Part shown: one piece after another, positions 1-12,220 of the stretch
Position numbering within the stretch: position 1 is the stretch's first letter
Layout: each line of letters opens with the position of its first letter
Source: Prorocentrum cordatum
Taxonomy: Eukaryota
Reading direction: 5' to 3'
Length of the DNA: 64,000 bases
Assembly (NCBI GenBank): GCA_963575745.1
Contig: CAUYUJ010000002.1
Location: forward strand, 620,001-684,000
Notes under the pieces: model-generated
What the model was told of the DNA's origin: nothing
The model's database searches: none
Seen by the model: the letters and a program-made list of their open reading frames with translations, nothing else
Translations under genes and position numbers: made by a program

Positions 1-52
1 CCCTCCCCCTCAGAAATCGGGGGGGGTAGGGGTAGGGTTCGCATGCGGCCCC
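1..52. mobile_element. Partial (right arm) copy of MITE family D (GGGCCACATGCG..CGCATGTGGCCC)
   Basis: cagaaatcggggggggtaggggtagggttcgcatgcggcccc matches the right arm of the complete copy at 29727-29838. Confidence 0.7.
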
Positions 53-99
53 CTATGCCAGTCGCTGCTTAGCTGGTTCCGTCGTCTGGAACGGCACCA

Positions 100-290
100 C
101 CAGCACAGCAGCCCTGGCTGCTGAGCAGAGCCATTCTTGGGCCACCCAGGGCAGGAGAAGTTGGGTTCGCCCAGCCTCTACGTCGTCAAAGGCCTTCGTG
201 AGGTCAACTCGGGGTCGTGTAAACAGGTGGGACCAGGCAAAGTTGACAAGGCTCGGCCCTCAGGCCACCCGTGACCCCAAGACCTCGTGG
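100..290 (-). pseudogene. Short degraded non-LTR reverse transcriptase fragment
   Basis: Minus strand 208-176 reads VDLTKAFDDVE, the DLxKAFD motif of LINE RTs; no other RT motif is seen nearby. Confidence 0.4.
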
Positions 291-562
291 GTTTGTTTGG
301 AGACACGCTGTTGCTAATTAGCGCCTGTGCCTGGTAAGGGTCGCACGAGCCTTTGGATTAAATGTGATATTTGCCTTGTTCGGGGGCCTCGCCGTGTTCG
401 GGCGCGTCAGTCAGTCCCTCATCAGTATTCTTCTTCGTCCTCCTCCTCCTTCTCCTCCCCCGCCACCTCCTCCTCCTCCTCCTCCTCCTCCTCCTCCTCC
501 TCCCTCCTGCTCCGTGAGAACCTCGCTCGAATTTCAAAGTTCCAGCTTTCTGGGCGCAGAGT

Positions 563-692
563 TCGGCATCGCTCGGACGTGTGCATGTTTTTTGATGGCG
601 AGGACCATCGAGGAGCATCTTGACTCATCTGGCGAACGACACTCGCATGACATCGAAGCATGCACGGGGAATGGACGTCCGAGCGATGGCGA
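563..692. mobile_element. MITE/introner family C copy
   Basis: 18-bp TIR tcggcatcgctcggacgt / acgtccgagcgatggcga (1 mismatch); internal sequence aligns with 50833-50961. Confidence 0.85.
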
Positions 693-693
693 G

Positions 694-1090
694 AGAGGCC
701 CATCAGTTGTTGTGGAAGAGGAAGAGGCCCAGGTATCCAGGGCAAGGCGGGAGCACGTGCTTTCTCTGAACCAGCCACCCGTGCTGCTATGGGGCGAGGC
801 GGCCCAGGCGGAGGAGCCCACGCATGTCTTGGAGGAGGTCCGTTCGGAAGTGCAGCTGCTGGCCGTGGCTGAGTCGCTCGGGGCTGATAGAGATGCGCAG
901 CCGTTGGTCAGGGCTGCCCGTGTACGCTTCGAGGAGTCAGACGGCTCCGATCAGTTCTTGTGCTCGTCTCCTGGTCCTTGGTCACTTTTTACGCGCGTGA
1001 GCCGCCGCAGGAGGCGCAGTCTACGAGAGCCGCTGCTACACTCAGCCTCAGGAGCAGCAGTCCACGAGAGCCGCTGCAACCCTCGCCCCT
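694..1090 (+). CDS. Possible exon of unknown protein
   Basis: Non-repetitive open frame (RGPSVVVEEEEAQ...EESDGSDQ) directly after the AG at the end of the family C element; no recognisable motif. Confidence 0.3.
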
Positions 1091-1419
1091 CTTTACGGGA
1101 TCCCGTTGAAAAGAGTCTCCTCATCCTTCTCCTCCTCCTCCTCCTCCTCAATGCTTGGCTGAAACGCCGACACCGTATTCGGTCCTCCCTCCTCCGCCTC
1201 CTTCTCCTCGCTTCTCCCCCCGCTATTCCTTGTTGTGTGGCTTGTCTTGTTCGCCGATTGGCAGGCATTTTTATAAGAAGTTCCCCGGTATCTCCTCTTC
1301 ACTTTGTGTTCTTCTCAGTTCGTTTTTACCGAACGTCATCCAATTGTTGCCATCACGATTCACGACAAAACATCAAAACTCGCCGGGTTCAAGGTTCGAG
1401 GTTGTTGGACGATAAGGAA

Positions 1420-1735
1420 TAGTAGTGTCTGAAGGGTTTGAGATTCTAGGGTTAGGGTCTGCAGGGTTAGAGTCCGTAGGGTTAGGGTGTGTAGTGTCGG
1501 GGTATGTAGGACCAGCAGGGTCTGTAGGGATACGGTCCGTAGGGTTAGGGCACGTCGGATTAGAGCCTGTAGAGTTAGAGTATGTAGGGCGCTAGGGTCT
1601 ATAGGGTTAGTAGGGTATGTAGTGTCAGGGCGTGTAGGGTTAGGGTCTGTAGGGTTAGGGTCTGTAGGGTTGGGGTCTGTAGCGTTAAAGTATGTAGTGT
1701 TAGGGTCTGTGGGGTTAGTAGGGTCTGTAGGCTTA
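1420..1735 (+). repeat. Degenerate TAGGGT/TTAGGG telomere-like minisatellite
   Basis: Repeated tctgtagggttaggg-type ~15-bp units. Confidence 0.85.
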
Positions 1736-1744
1736 GTGCACTGG

Positions 1745-1905
1745 CAACGCAGGAAGGAGGAAACTAGAGGTGCACAGAGAAGAGAGAGGATGCTCAGAAA
1801 CATACTTGTGAACGTTCGGGGAACCCATATGTATCCGTGGTGAACGTTGGGGGAGCTCGCGTACATTACATGTGATCGTGATGGTGTTGTACGTCCTTGC
1901 GAATA
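1745..1905 (+). repeat. Dispersed repeat adjoining the TAGGGT arrays (second copy 5940-6105)
   Basis: cgcaggaagg...agagagaggat.ctcagaaaca...gaacgttcgggg...agctcgcgtaca is shared with 5940-6105. Confidence 0.75.
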
Positions 1906-2279
1906 GCATCGCTTTTCCGCGAGGCCCGTTCATGACGGGAAAGGTTTGGGAAATGAGCGTTTCGCCTGAGACATGTTTTCCACATCGCGATCTTGGGGGT
2001 CGTATCTTAAAACGCCGTTTGCTAACCGTGAGCGTTTCGCCCGAGGCATCCTCGGAAAAAAAACGGTGATGTTGTAATCGTTGGCCGAATCTCTGGAACT
2101 TCAAAGTTACCCTTTCGCCAGAGGCATTCTCGAACGAATGCGATGCGCCAAGAGTTGGTTCGAAACATCTATTCGGAGCGCTCTTGGGTGACCTCCGTGG
2201 TGGCCCAAGGAGCGGAAGCATTGAAACACTCAGGGTTTAAATTCAGTAACACGCTCGTTCATGGTAACGTCCCAGGCTC

Positions 2280-2592
2280 TGTATGGTTAGTAGGGTCTGT
2301 GGAGTGAGGGCGTGTAGGGTTAGGGTCTGTAGGGTCAGGGTATGTAGGGTTTGGACTTGTAGAGTTAGAGTCTGTAGGTGAAGGGTGTGTAAGACTAGTA
2401 GGGTCTGTAGGGTTAGGATCTGTAGGGTTGGCGTCTGCAGGGTTAGAGTCTGTAGGGCGCTGGGGTCTATAGGGTTAGCAGGGTCTGTAGGGTTAGGGTT
2501 TGTAGGGTCAGGGTCTGTAGGGTTAGAGTCTGTAGTGTCAGGGTCTGTAGGGTTAGTAGGTGTTGTAGGATCAGGGTCTGTAGAGTTAGGGT
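2280..2592 (+). repeat. Degenerate TAGGGT telomere-like minisatellite
   Basis: Same units as 1420-1735. Confidence 0.85.
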
Positions 2593-4461
2593 CGTCCTTT
2601 GCTCCGTTCCCCTCCCCCCCCCTGGATGGTGCCGAAAGCGTCCGCGGCTCGCGCGGGGGAGCGCCCCTTTCCACCTCCCCCATTCTTCCTCGTTCCTCTT
2701 TGCCTCCCTGCTCCACCGTCCGTCGTCGTACCTCGTCTTCCCTCCTTGTTCGAAAAGTGAAGTCCCTGGTGCCGCCTGCCCGCATCAGCGGTATATCGCC
2801 TTTTCGATGTCCGACGACAGCGGCGCAACCAAACAGAAGGGATTGCCAATGCGAGCGTTCGGGGCGCATTCCAAACGCGGGTGGCACGGCCGCCGAGCAC
2901 AGTCGCATCGCTAACCTGTAAGACATCGGTGCCTGTGGAAAGGCACCCCCTAGCCAGAGCAGCGATCTGTATGGCGACGCGTGGGGCTCTGACCGTTAAG
3001 AGGTCCATGACATATGACACCTTTCGTGTTCTCGGATGGCTGTGCGTTTTTTGGGGCCCTTCGAAGCCTCCTGAGACTTCTTCGGGCCGCTGCGGGCCAG
3101 GGAAGCGCGCATTTGCAGCTCCCTCGGGGGCGCCCTGAGTAGGGGAAGTGTGTATTCGCATTCCCCCCCCAGCTGGGCATGTCGACCTCGATGCTGGGTT
3201 GTCAAAGCCGGGGCGCCCTCGAGGTGGCGAGCGTTTACCTTTTTTTTTTTCGAGATGCACAGATCAAGGTGTGATATGTGTACACCGCTTGCGCATTCAA
3301 CTGTATTGTCTTGTGTGGGTCCACTGCTTACACAGATCGTGGTGTGATCTGTGTACACAGATCTCGTTCCCATCCATGTATTTGGAGTGTGCCCCTCGCG
3401 GGTGGCGTTGACTGGGCGGGAACTCTCACGTTTCTCTCTCGGCTGGTCCAGGGGGGGCGTCGTGCGCGGTCGAAATGCACAGCTCGTGTCTCCAATTGCG
3501 CATACGTTGCGCTCCGTTCGCAGGAGTGGTCATTTAGCGGGAGTTTCCGCGGGTCTCCCGGTTGGTACGGGGCCATGGTTTAGGAGTGCGAAGGCGTGGG
3601 GGGGTGGGGATGGTGGGCTGTGGGAAGGAAGGGGTTTGATAGGAGGGGTGGCCAACGGGCCAGGGATGAACGGGACTGGACGAGAGGGGAGGAAATGGGC
3701 CCAGGAGGAGCTGCATCATCGGTGTCAGCATCACGAGGACGAGGGAGGCGGGGGGGGGGGCACAAGGAGGGGGCATGATCTGCACTAGGGCGTAGAGGAT
3801 GGGAGGAGGGCAGGCACGTGGACGATGGGGGAACCAATCTGGCGGAGGAGGGCGAAGAAGAACGACATGCATTGGCACACTGACGGGTGACAGTGCGGAT
3901 GGGGGGCATGGTGAGGACTGGGGGTAGTCGGAGGGGCATGAGGAGGGCGGTGCCGAAGCGAAGGGAAATTGGGAGGAGGCGGGGGATGGGGCATGAGTTC
4001 GAGGCGGGCGCCAGCTAACGATCAGCTGAACAGCGTCTTGCGTGTCCGTGCACCTCCCAGAACACAGTGACCAGTTGCAGAACTTCATAATATGGGAAAT
4101 CGTGCGCTTCGTGCTCCCAGGCCAAAGGCTCGAGTCCACGACGCCCCTTGGTGTTGCATTGATGCCGCCCCGATTTGCCAGACCGCATATGCACATATAG
4201 GCATAAAGTACGTTTCAGCGTTATTTTTTTGATACCAGCTCTATAATAACAAGCACACGTTGGAATGCAATTCGGGACATATGTTCGGAACGCCCTTGGA
4301 TGACCTCCAAAATGGCCCAAGGGGCGAAATGAGTGAAACCACGCTTGGTTGTTCAACACATTTGTTGTAACGTATGCGTCCCCATCGGAACATCACATTC
4401 AAAATGCCTTCGATCGGGTCCTTGAACTGATCACATCATGATGGACATGCCGATGTAAATC

Positions 4462-4712
4462 AGTTAGGGTATGTAAGGTTAGGGCTTGTAGGTTTAAGGC
4501 ACGTAGGGCCAGTCAGGTCAATTGGTTATGTAGGATTAGTAGGGTCTGTACGGTCAATGTTTATATGGTAAGAGTATGTAGGACATGTCAGGTTTGCAGG
4601 GCTCTATTATTTTAGGATGAGGGTTTGTAGGGTTGGTAGGGTATGTAGGGTTAGGGCGTGTAGGGTTATTGTATGTAGGGTTATGGTATCCACGGTTAGG
4701 GTACATGAGGTT
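4462..4712 (+). repeat. Degenerate TAGGGT array, resuming at ~5872-5925 after the foldback insertion
   Basis: tagggtatgtagggttagggcgtgtaggg units. Confidence 0.75.
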
Positions 4713-4716
4713 AAAA

Positions 4717-5865
4717 CAGCGTGTTCTACCGCTGCTGGCGGAAAACCCGGGGGGGTCACTACCGGTTCGAACCCCTTCCCCCCCCCTTCCGGAAAACCGG
4801 GGGGGGGGTTCATTACGGTTTCGAACCCCTCCCCCCCCTCCCTTTCATCATTAAAAGGGGGGGGGTCACTACCGGTTCGAACCGCCCCCCCCCCCTCGAA
4901 AACCGGGGGGGGGCCACTGCCGGTTCGACCCCGCCCCCCCTGCCCCTCCTCGAAAACCGAGGGGGGGGTGCGGACAGTGGTGGGGACAGTGGTGAGGGGA
5001 CAGCAGTGAGGGGACAGCGGGACAGTGGTGGGGACAGTGGGACAGTGGTGGGGACTGTAGTGGTGGGGACAGTGGTTAGGAGAATGGCGGGAACAGTGGG
5101 GACAGTGGACATTGGTGGGGACGGCGGTGGTGGGGACAGTGGTGTGGGGACAGGGGGAGGTGGAAACAGTGGGACAGTGGAGGGTACAGTGGTGGTGGGG
5201 ACAGTGGTGAAGGCGGTGGCGAGGACGGCGGTGGGACAATGGGACAGAGGTAAAATGGGGACAGTGGTGGGGACAGTGGGGACAGTGGTGGGAACAGTGG
5301 GACAGTTCAGTGGGACAGCGGAGGAGTCAGTGGGACAGTGGGGACAGTGGGGATAGTCGGGCAGTGGTTGGGGCCGTGGAGAAAGTGGGGAGAGTGGAAC
5401 CGTGGTGGGAACAGTGGCGGGGACAGTGGGGACAGTGCGACAGTGGTGGGAGCACTGGTGGGGACAGTAGGGACGGTGGTGGAACCAGTGGGGACAGTGG
5501 TGGTGAGGACAGTGGTGCTGGGAACAACAGTGGGGGATGTGGCGCGGACGGTGGTAGGGACCAGGAGTCGTTTGCAGGCGGTGAGTGGGGGTGGTGGGGA
5601 GGGGTTCGAACGGTAGTGACCCCCCCTCCGGTTTTCGAGGGGGGGGTGGAGGGGGGGGGGTTCGAACCGGTTGTGACCCCCCCCGGCTTTCGAGGCGGAG
5701 GGGGGGGGGGGGAGGGGTTAGGGGAGGGGGGGGGCGCGGGGGAGGGGAAGGGGGGGGGGGGTCCAGCAGGGGGGGGGGGGGATTTTCGGAGGAGAGGGGG
5801 GACCCCCGGGTTCCGGAGGAAAAGGAGGGAAATGTTTCACGGTAAAGCGGCGGTGGATCACGCTC
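4717..5865. mobile_element. Foldback-type non-autonomous DNA transposon
   Basis: Terminal IR agcgtgttctaccgctgct / agcggcggtggatcacgct (16/19); subterminal arrays ggggtcactaccggttcgaacc (4750-4930) are inverted at 5600-5680; central gggacagtggtg minisatellite (4970-5560). Confidence 0.75.
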
Positions 5866-7407
5866 TCGCCAAGGTTAGAAAAGGTATGTAGGATTCGGAT
5901 ATGTAGAGCTAGGGCATATCAGGGCTACTGTTTTGAAAAAGCGCAGGAAGGTGGACACTGGAACTGCACAGAGGAGAGAGAGGATACTCAGAAACAGGCT
6001 TGCGAACGTTCGGGGGCCGTTTGTCCTTTGGCATCCGTTGTGAACGTTCGGGAAGCTCGCGTACACGAACTACATTTGATCGCGATGATGCTGCACGCTC
6101 TTGCGCAGCTCACCGTTTTTTCCTCGTTGTTTGGTCATGGCAGGAAATGTATATTTGTTGCGGCTTGGTGCGGTGCCAATAAATATCGCTCCGCTGATTC
6201 CGCCAACCCACCAGATAATGTATTTCCCTTTTGGTGCTAACGATGCCACTGGGTGGTTTTGAATAGCTTCTTCGGATTATGCGCTGCGCCGAGGTGGGAA
6301 CGCCACTTTCAGGCGAACTCTGCGCGGCGCCGAAGCGAAACGACATGTTTGTCCAGTCGCGCGTCGACGAACACGCGTGCGAAAAATGGGCACCGCGTCA
6401 GGGCGGGAACGCAACTCTTTAGAAACATAAAAGTGGTGCCTCAGGGAGAGCGACATCTGGGCCTTTCGCGCGGAATGCGTGTCCCGTCCCATTCCGGCCA
6501 CGCATGTTGCAACATCGACGATGGAACGTCCATGTCAGGACGAAATGCGTCGATGTCGCATTTTTTTCTTTGACAAGTACGGTGGAACGTGGGGCCAGTC
6601 GGATGGGGCGGCGATCGGGATCGGCCGGCCAGGTGACAGAGTGGGCGTGCATAGTCGTCAGGGTAGCCAGGTCGAGCGAGTCAGAGGGCCCCGCCTTTTT
6701 TCACCCCCCCTCCCACGACACACGAATCAAGTGTGGCACATTTTGATACTGGTATTGGAGCCCCCACCTCGCAACGACTGGGCGGAGAGAGAATAATGAG
6801 GGCCGCGCACAGGCGGGAACGGCAAAAGTTCCGATGGGCGCGGCGAAGTCGAAGCGTGCGCCGCGCTGACACACCACTGCCCAGAGGCGGTGGGAGGCGG
6901 CGGCCACCACAATATGATTTCCGATGGCTCGCGCATTGCTACCATCCGTGGCCCGGGCCAACCGCGGAACCTCACAGTCGGGCGTTGCGTAATCGAGGGG
7001 CGATCAGTGAGGGGGTGAAGGTGCGCGCTTTCTGCCCCAAGGAACCCCTACAAGGGGCACGAAAGGTACACGTTCCCCCCTCTTGTTTGATCGCCCCCCA
7101 TCAATATACGCCTGACACTGGCGAAGCCTGTTTCAACGTTGGCGGTCTTTTACGCCTTGACCGCCCGCGTCAACACGAAGAGGACGAGAAGGGGAAGGGG
7201 GGGAGGGAGGATGGTAGGGTGCCACAGTTGGATGTCCTCACCTTGGTGGGTTAAGAGGCGGCAAAGAGAAAGCGAGGAGGAAGAGGAGGAATAGGGGGAG
7301 GAGGAGGAGCAGGAGGAGGAGGCGGAGGGGGAGGAGGAGGAGGGAGCAAGGGGGGAGGGAGGGATGACGGGAGGACGATGGGAAAAAGGGAGGGGGAGGA
7401 GAGGGAG

Positions 7408-8455
7408 GACCAGTGGAATCCAAAGACGCACTAACGATGTTGCAGTAAACCCAGCCTCCAAGCTCCCTCTGCACGGGTCCCTGGAAGGATTCATGTCCAC
7501 TGTGGGACGTGCCCCGTTGACAGACGACCGTGTGAATGTCCTGAACCGTGCAAGGGCGTCCTCTTTGGACTGCGACGCCACGAACCAACCTGATTGTTAT
7601 GATGTTCCAACCTACTTTAGCCTTGACCACCAGAAATAATTTCGAGCGCCAAAGAAAGTACCGAAACTCGAGGATGTTCACGTATGGGGCCCTGGGAGAC
7701 ATTCTTTCGACATTTTCCCGGGTGCTCGAAAGTACTTTTGGGATGTGGTCCTTAAGTACGATGGGAGCAATATAACCTTACTGTTGAGTTTTGACGATAC
7801 TGCATTTTGCCTGAACACCATTCCTGGGACTTCCACGTTGCGCATCCACGTAACTGTTACGTCTGACAATCCAACATCGCTCTAAAATACCATCTCTAGC
7901 ACTGTGAACCATGAGAATTCGTGAAACCTTTGCACATGTTCAACACGAACGCTCGTGGCGCTAAAGTGAGAGCCACATCTTGGAAAGGAACCGCTTTCCC
8001 TCGGTGGAACTCTTGCATTTGTCAAACGAATGTGCGCGGCGCTCAGGCGAGAGCAACATTTAATACATGACCTGTTCTCAATCCGTGAAGTGTTGGCATT
8101 TGTTTGACGCGGATGTGCGCGGCGCGACGGCGAGGGTCATTTTTCAAACGACCCGCTTTCATTCCGCGAAGTTCTTACACATGTTCAGCACGAGAGTGCG
8201 CGGCGCTATGGCGAGCCACATGTTGAAGACGACCCGCCCTCAAGCCTCAAGCAGTGAATTCCTTGCAAATGTTCAGCTCGAATGTGCGCGGAGTTCGGGC
8301 AAGAACCACATTTTGGAAGCGACCCGCCCTCTGTCTGTGAAAAGGTTGCCAGAGTGAAAGCTTCGGGGTCATAAGTGGTAGGGAAGTCTCCAGCGAAACG
8401 CCCGGCCCGCCCTTCCGACTGGCCTCGGGGTGCGACGGGGAGGAGTTATTTACAA
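7408..8455 (-). mobile_element. Composite SINE-like repeat, copy 1 (contains a family K insertion at ~7595-7775)
   Basis: Shares both ends and the internal gcgcggcgctaaggcgagagccac array with 11103-12085 and 26920-27760; abuts a GAG-rich tract. Confidence 0.7.
7595..7775. repeat. Dispersed repeat family K (also 26275-26450 and 31655-31845)
   Basis: gatgttcca...ttag..ttga.c.cca...cgagc.cca...gggccctggg...gtggtcct..agtacgatgggagcaa in three copies. Confidence 0.75.
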
Positions 8456-8759
8456 TGAAAAGGAATTGGAGGAGTGCAGGAGGGATGGAGGAGGAGAAGT
8501 GGGGGGGGAGGGAATGGAGGCAAGGAGTAGACATGAGGGAACAAGAAGGGAGGACGGGGGGGAAGGAGGGAGGGAGGAGAGAACTATCCGTTGAGCTATC
8601 CGTGGGTGTCTATACCGTCTACACCCCGCGGGGTCGCGGCCACCCCTCGCCGAGCGCCAGCACCCAGCAGGGCCTGTAGGCCATCGCGGCGCCGGGGTGC
8701 GGGCGTTGTCCCTCAGGATTTGGCCATGCGGGATGGCCGCATCCCGAAGCGGACCATTC

Positions 8760-8947
8760 AGGCGATCGCAAACATGGATCAAGGGGGCGTGGATTAGCGA
8801 CGGGTCCCGTTTCCATGGGAAATCGCGGATTTCCGCCACCGAACGGGGCGGCATTGGCAGCATTTCTGGGGAGGGCACCTCCCCCGATCCATGGATTTCG
8901 AGAATGCGCGCCAACTCCATGGATCGCTAGTGCATGCTTGCGCGCCC
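8760..8947. mobile_element. MITE; empty-site paralogue of 52655-52988
   Basis: Imperfect TIR ggcgatcgcaaacatggatc / tagtgcatgcttgcgcgccc; body aligns with 52840-52988. Confidence 0.6.
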
Positions 8948-10099
8948 TCTGAAAACGACGGAGGACTGGGCGGGTGACCCGCGGGTACGGGCAAACGCGC
9001 AGCGAGCCCGCAAGGCTGGGGAGGGACCCGCAGGCCGTGGATAGGGCTCGCGGGATGGGCCCGCAGGCCAGGGTGGGGCTCGCAGGCCGATGCAACGGAC
9101 GCCCGATGCAGGGACGAAGGGGGTAAGAGGGAGGAGGTAGGAAGGAGGAGGCAGGGGGGAACAGGAGCGAATGAAGGACGGACACGCACATGAATCCACG
9201 CTGGTTGCGAGAGTTCGCATTGCGCGAATTGTCTTATCACGTGGCCGGTCTCGCAGGTCAAGGGGCCCTGTTCATGTACATAGCTGGGTGCGTACGTCCT
9301 CTGTGGGCTCCCGAGGGAAGGAGGGAGGGAAGGAGAGAGGGAGGGGGAGAGGGAGGGAGAGAGCGCAACATTTCGGGCGATGATGTCGTCCGCGGCTACG
9401 AGCGCCCGCTGCCTGCGCCTCTTCGGCGGGAGGAGCCGCTTGTAGAAACGGGGCGGCGAAAGATGTCACCCCGGTGCCGTCGGGAAGACTACGTTTGGAA
9501 AAGCAAGCAGGGCGTTGCGACTCGGGAGTGGCACTCCCAATCAGTGCGCCCAAGGCGGTGGAAGGCCCGGGTGTAGCACGTGTTGGCATGCGTGCCTCCA
9601 GGTCCTTGCAGGAAGGGAGGAGCGGAAAGGCATCCCCCGCCGCAGCCCGCGGCGTGTTCGTGGAAAGTGTTGCCAGGTTCTGTCAAAGGAGGAAACACCA
9701 CCCGGACCGGACAACTGGCGTTTATTAAACGGCCTTGGGCGTTTACTAAACAGCCCTGCCCTGCCCTGCTTGATTCCTTCTTTGGGTGCGTTTACTAAAC
9801 GGCTTCACGTGTCGGGGTGGTTATTATCGGGGTGGGTTTTCCGCCCGCAGGAAAGAAGCCAGCTGTTGTTGCGTTGGCACTGGGCGTCGTGTCTCGTGCG
9901 GATCATCTTGTGGAGGCCGAACGGGTGGCGTCCCAGGCGGACGAGGCTCGTTGAAATCGTACGAGGAGAGGCCCCACCTGTTCTTGGGCGCGACGCAGCG
10001 TTTGCACGAGGCCGAGGCACGCCCTTGGAGCGCGGAGATGCTGGTACGACGGCCCGACTCACGGGCAGCTTGGTGGCGGTGCGCCGTAAGGAAGTGGTC

Positions 10100-10705
10100 A
10101 GGGAGGATGAGGAGGAGGAGGAGGCGGAGGAGGAGGAGGAGAGGGCGAGGATCAGGAAGTAGGAGAAGGAGAAGCAGGAAGAGCTGGAGGAGGAGCGGGA
10201 GGACGACCCCCCACTCGCACGCCTGCTACCCCCCCACCCGCCGCTACCGCCCGTCTGACCGCCCTCACGTCATTTTGCTAGCCTCACTTCTAGTTGCGCC
10301 GCACTGGTTGCACTTCGTTCGGGGGGTGGAGGCTGGGGAAGGAAGAGGAGGAGGAGGAGCAGGCAGAGGAGGAGGAGGAAGAGGAGAAGGAGGAGGAGGA
10401 GGAGGACGAGGAAAAAGTCTAAGAAAAGGGGGAGGAGGAGGAGGAGGAGGAGGAGGAGGAGGAGGAGGGAGGAGGAGGAGGAGGAGGAGTAGAGGAGGAG
10501 GAGGAGGAGGACAGAGGAGGAGGAGGAGGAGGAGGAGGAGAATGAGAAGGGGGAGGAGGAGGAGAAGGAGGAGAAGGAGGAGGGCGACGGCGACGACGAG
10601 GAGCAGGCGAAGACAGGAGGAAGAGGCAGGGAACGGCAGCAGGTGGGGGGCGGGCAGGAGGCAGGCGGGAGGCAGACGCAGGCGGGCGGAAGGAGGACGA
10701 GGAAC

Positions 10706-10759
<54 letters not shown>

Positions 10760-10864
10760 CAGCAAGCCGAAGCCCGCAAGACCCCCGCGAGGCGGCGCGC
10801 CTGCTTCTGCCGCACATGGCGCGGGGCGGGCCCCAGGCCAGCGCGGCCCCGGCGGTGCCCCCCC

Positions 10865-10950
<86 letters not shown>

Positions 10951-11000
10951 GACGAGGACGACGACGACGACGAAGACAAAGGCGATGGCGATGGCGGAGA
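10100..11000 (+). repeat. Compound microsatellites (GAG)n, (GGCA)n, (GGC)n, (GAC)n
   Basis: Directly visible; explains the poly-R/S/P/D ORFs in this region. Confidence 0.9.
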
Positions 11001-11102
11001 CGAAGGCGGCGGCGGCGAAAAGAAAGGAGGACAAAGGAGAAGGCGGAGGCAGCAGGCGGGGGGAACGGAGGCCTGTGGGGGGAAGAGGCCAGGAGGACGA
11101 GG

Positions 11103-12085
11103 GGGACCAGTGCAAACCCAGGACGCATCAACGATGTTGCAGCAAACCCTTCCTCACTCCTTCTGTGCAGGTCCCTACAGGAATGCATTGCCATTCGTGC
11201 GCGGATTGCCCCATTGAAAAACAACCGTAAGAGAATCTTCGATCCTGACAGAACCTCCTAGGACCCCAACTCCGCGAATCAAAGATACGGCCACGTCGTG
11301 ACAAGGCTTAATCGCATCATAACATCCTTTTCTGGCACGTCGAAGCCGCGAATCAGCGTGAGTGGTGCGCCTTGACAAGTCGAATCGTGCAATCACACCA
11401 TGTTTGTGAAAAGCGTTGCGCGCGGCGCTAAGGCGAGAGCCACAGTTTGAAATTGAACCGCCCTCCATCGTTGAAGCTGCTGCGAGCTTTCAGGACGAAC
11501 GCGCACGACGGCGAAGTGAGGACCAAACTTTGAAAACCACCCGTCCTCCATCCTGGAAGTTGCTGCAAATTGTCAAGACGAATGCGCGCGGCACGAATTC
11601 GAGAACCACATTTCGAAGACCACTGGACCTCCATCTGCGAAGCTGTTGCAATTGTCTTAAAGTAATGCGCGCAGCGCTAATGCGAGAGCCAGTTCGAAAG
11701 CCACTCGGCCTCCATCCTAATTATGCTGCGAGATGTCGGGACGAACGCGCACGACGCTCAGGCGAGGGCCAAATTTTGAAAGCCACCCGTCATCCATCCT
11801 GGAAGTTGCTGCAAATCTTAAAGACGAATGCGCACGGCACGAACTCGAGAGCCACAGTTCGAAGACCACCTGCCCTCCATCTTTGAAGCTGTTGTAACTG
11901 TTTTAATGTAGTGCGCGCAGCGCTAATGCGAGAGCCAGTGCGTAAGCCACCTTGCCTCCATCCTTGAAGCGGGTACACATCTCAAGCTTCAGGAGCAGAA
12001 CTGGTGAGGAATTCTCGGGCGAAATACCTCGCCCGTCCTGCTTGCGCGCGTGGGGTTGCGACAGGGAAGAGTTCACTCACAAGGT
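11103..12085 (-). mobile_element. Composite SINE-like repeat, copy 2
   Basis: ggaccagtgcaaaccc end, internal tandem array at 11400-11990, and conserved other end ...ggggttgcgacagggaagagtt. Confidence 0.75.
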
Positions 12086-12220
12086 AAAGGACCAGGGTGG
12101 TAGGCAGGATGGTGAAGGCAGAGGGCGGGCAGATTTCGCCAGCAGGGAGCATGAACAGGAGGAGACGGACGGCGAGGAGGACGGCGGGGCAGAAGGAGGA
12201 GGCCAGGAGGTGCCCCGAGG

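Noticed and set aside
1420..1735. True telomere
   Set aside because: Degenerate, internal and repeated several times in the window
9786..11261. Long ORFs (491 aa and overlapping ones)
   Set aside because: Open only because of stop-free microsatellites; the same holds for ORFs at 15407-16618, 19971-20981, 27537-28825 and 29779-31155
12001..12030. Hammerhead-like ctggtga...cgaaa at the end of the SINE-like element
   Set aside because: The core has a mismatch and is not conserved in the other two copies
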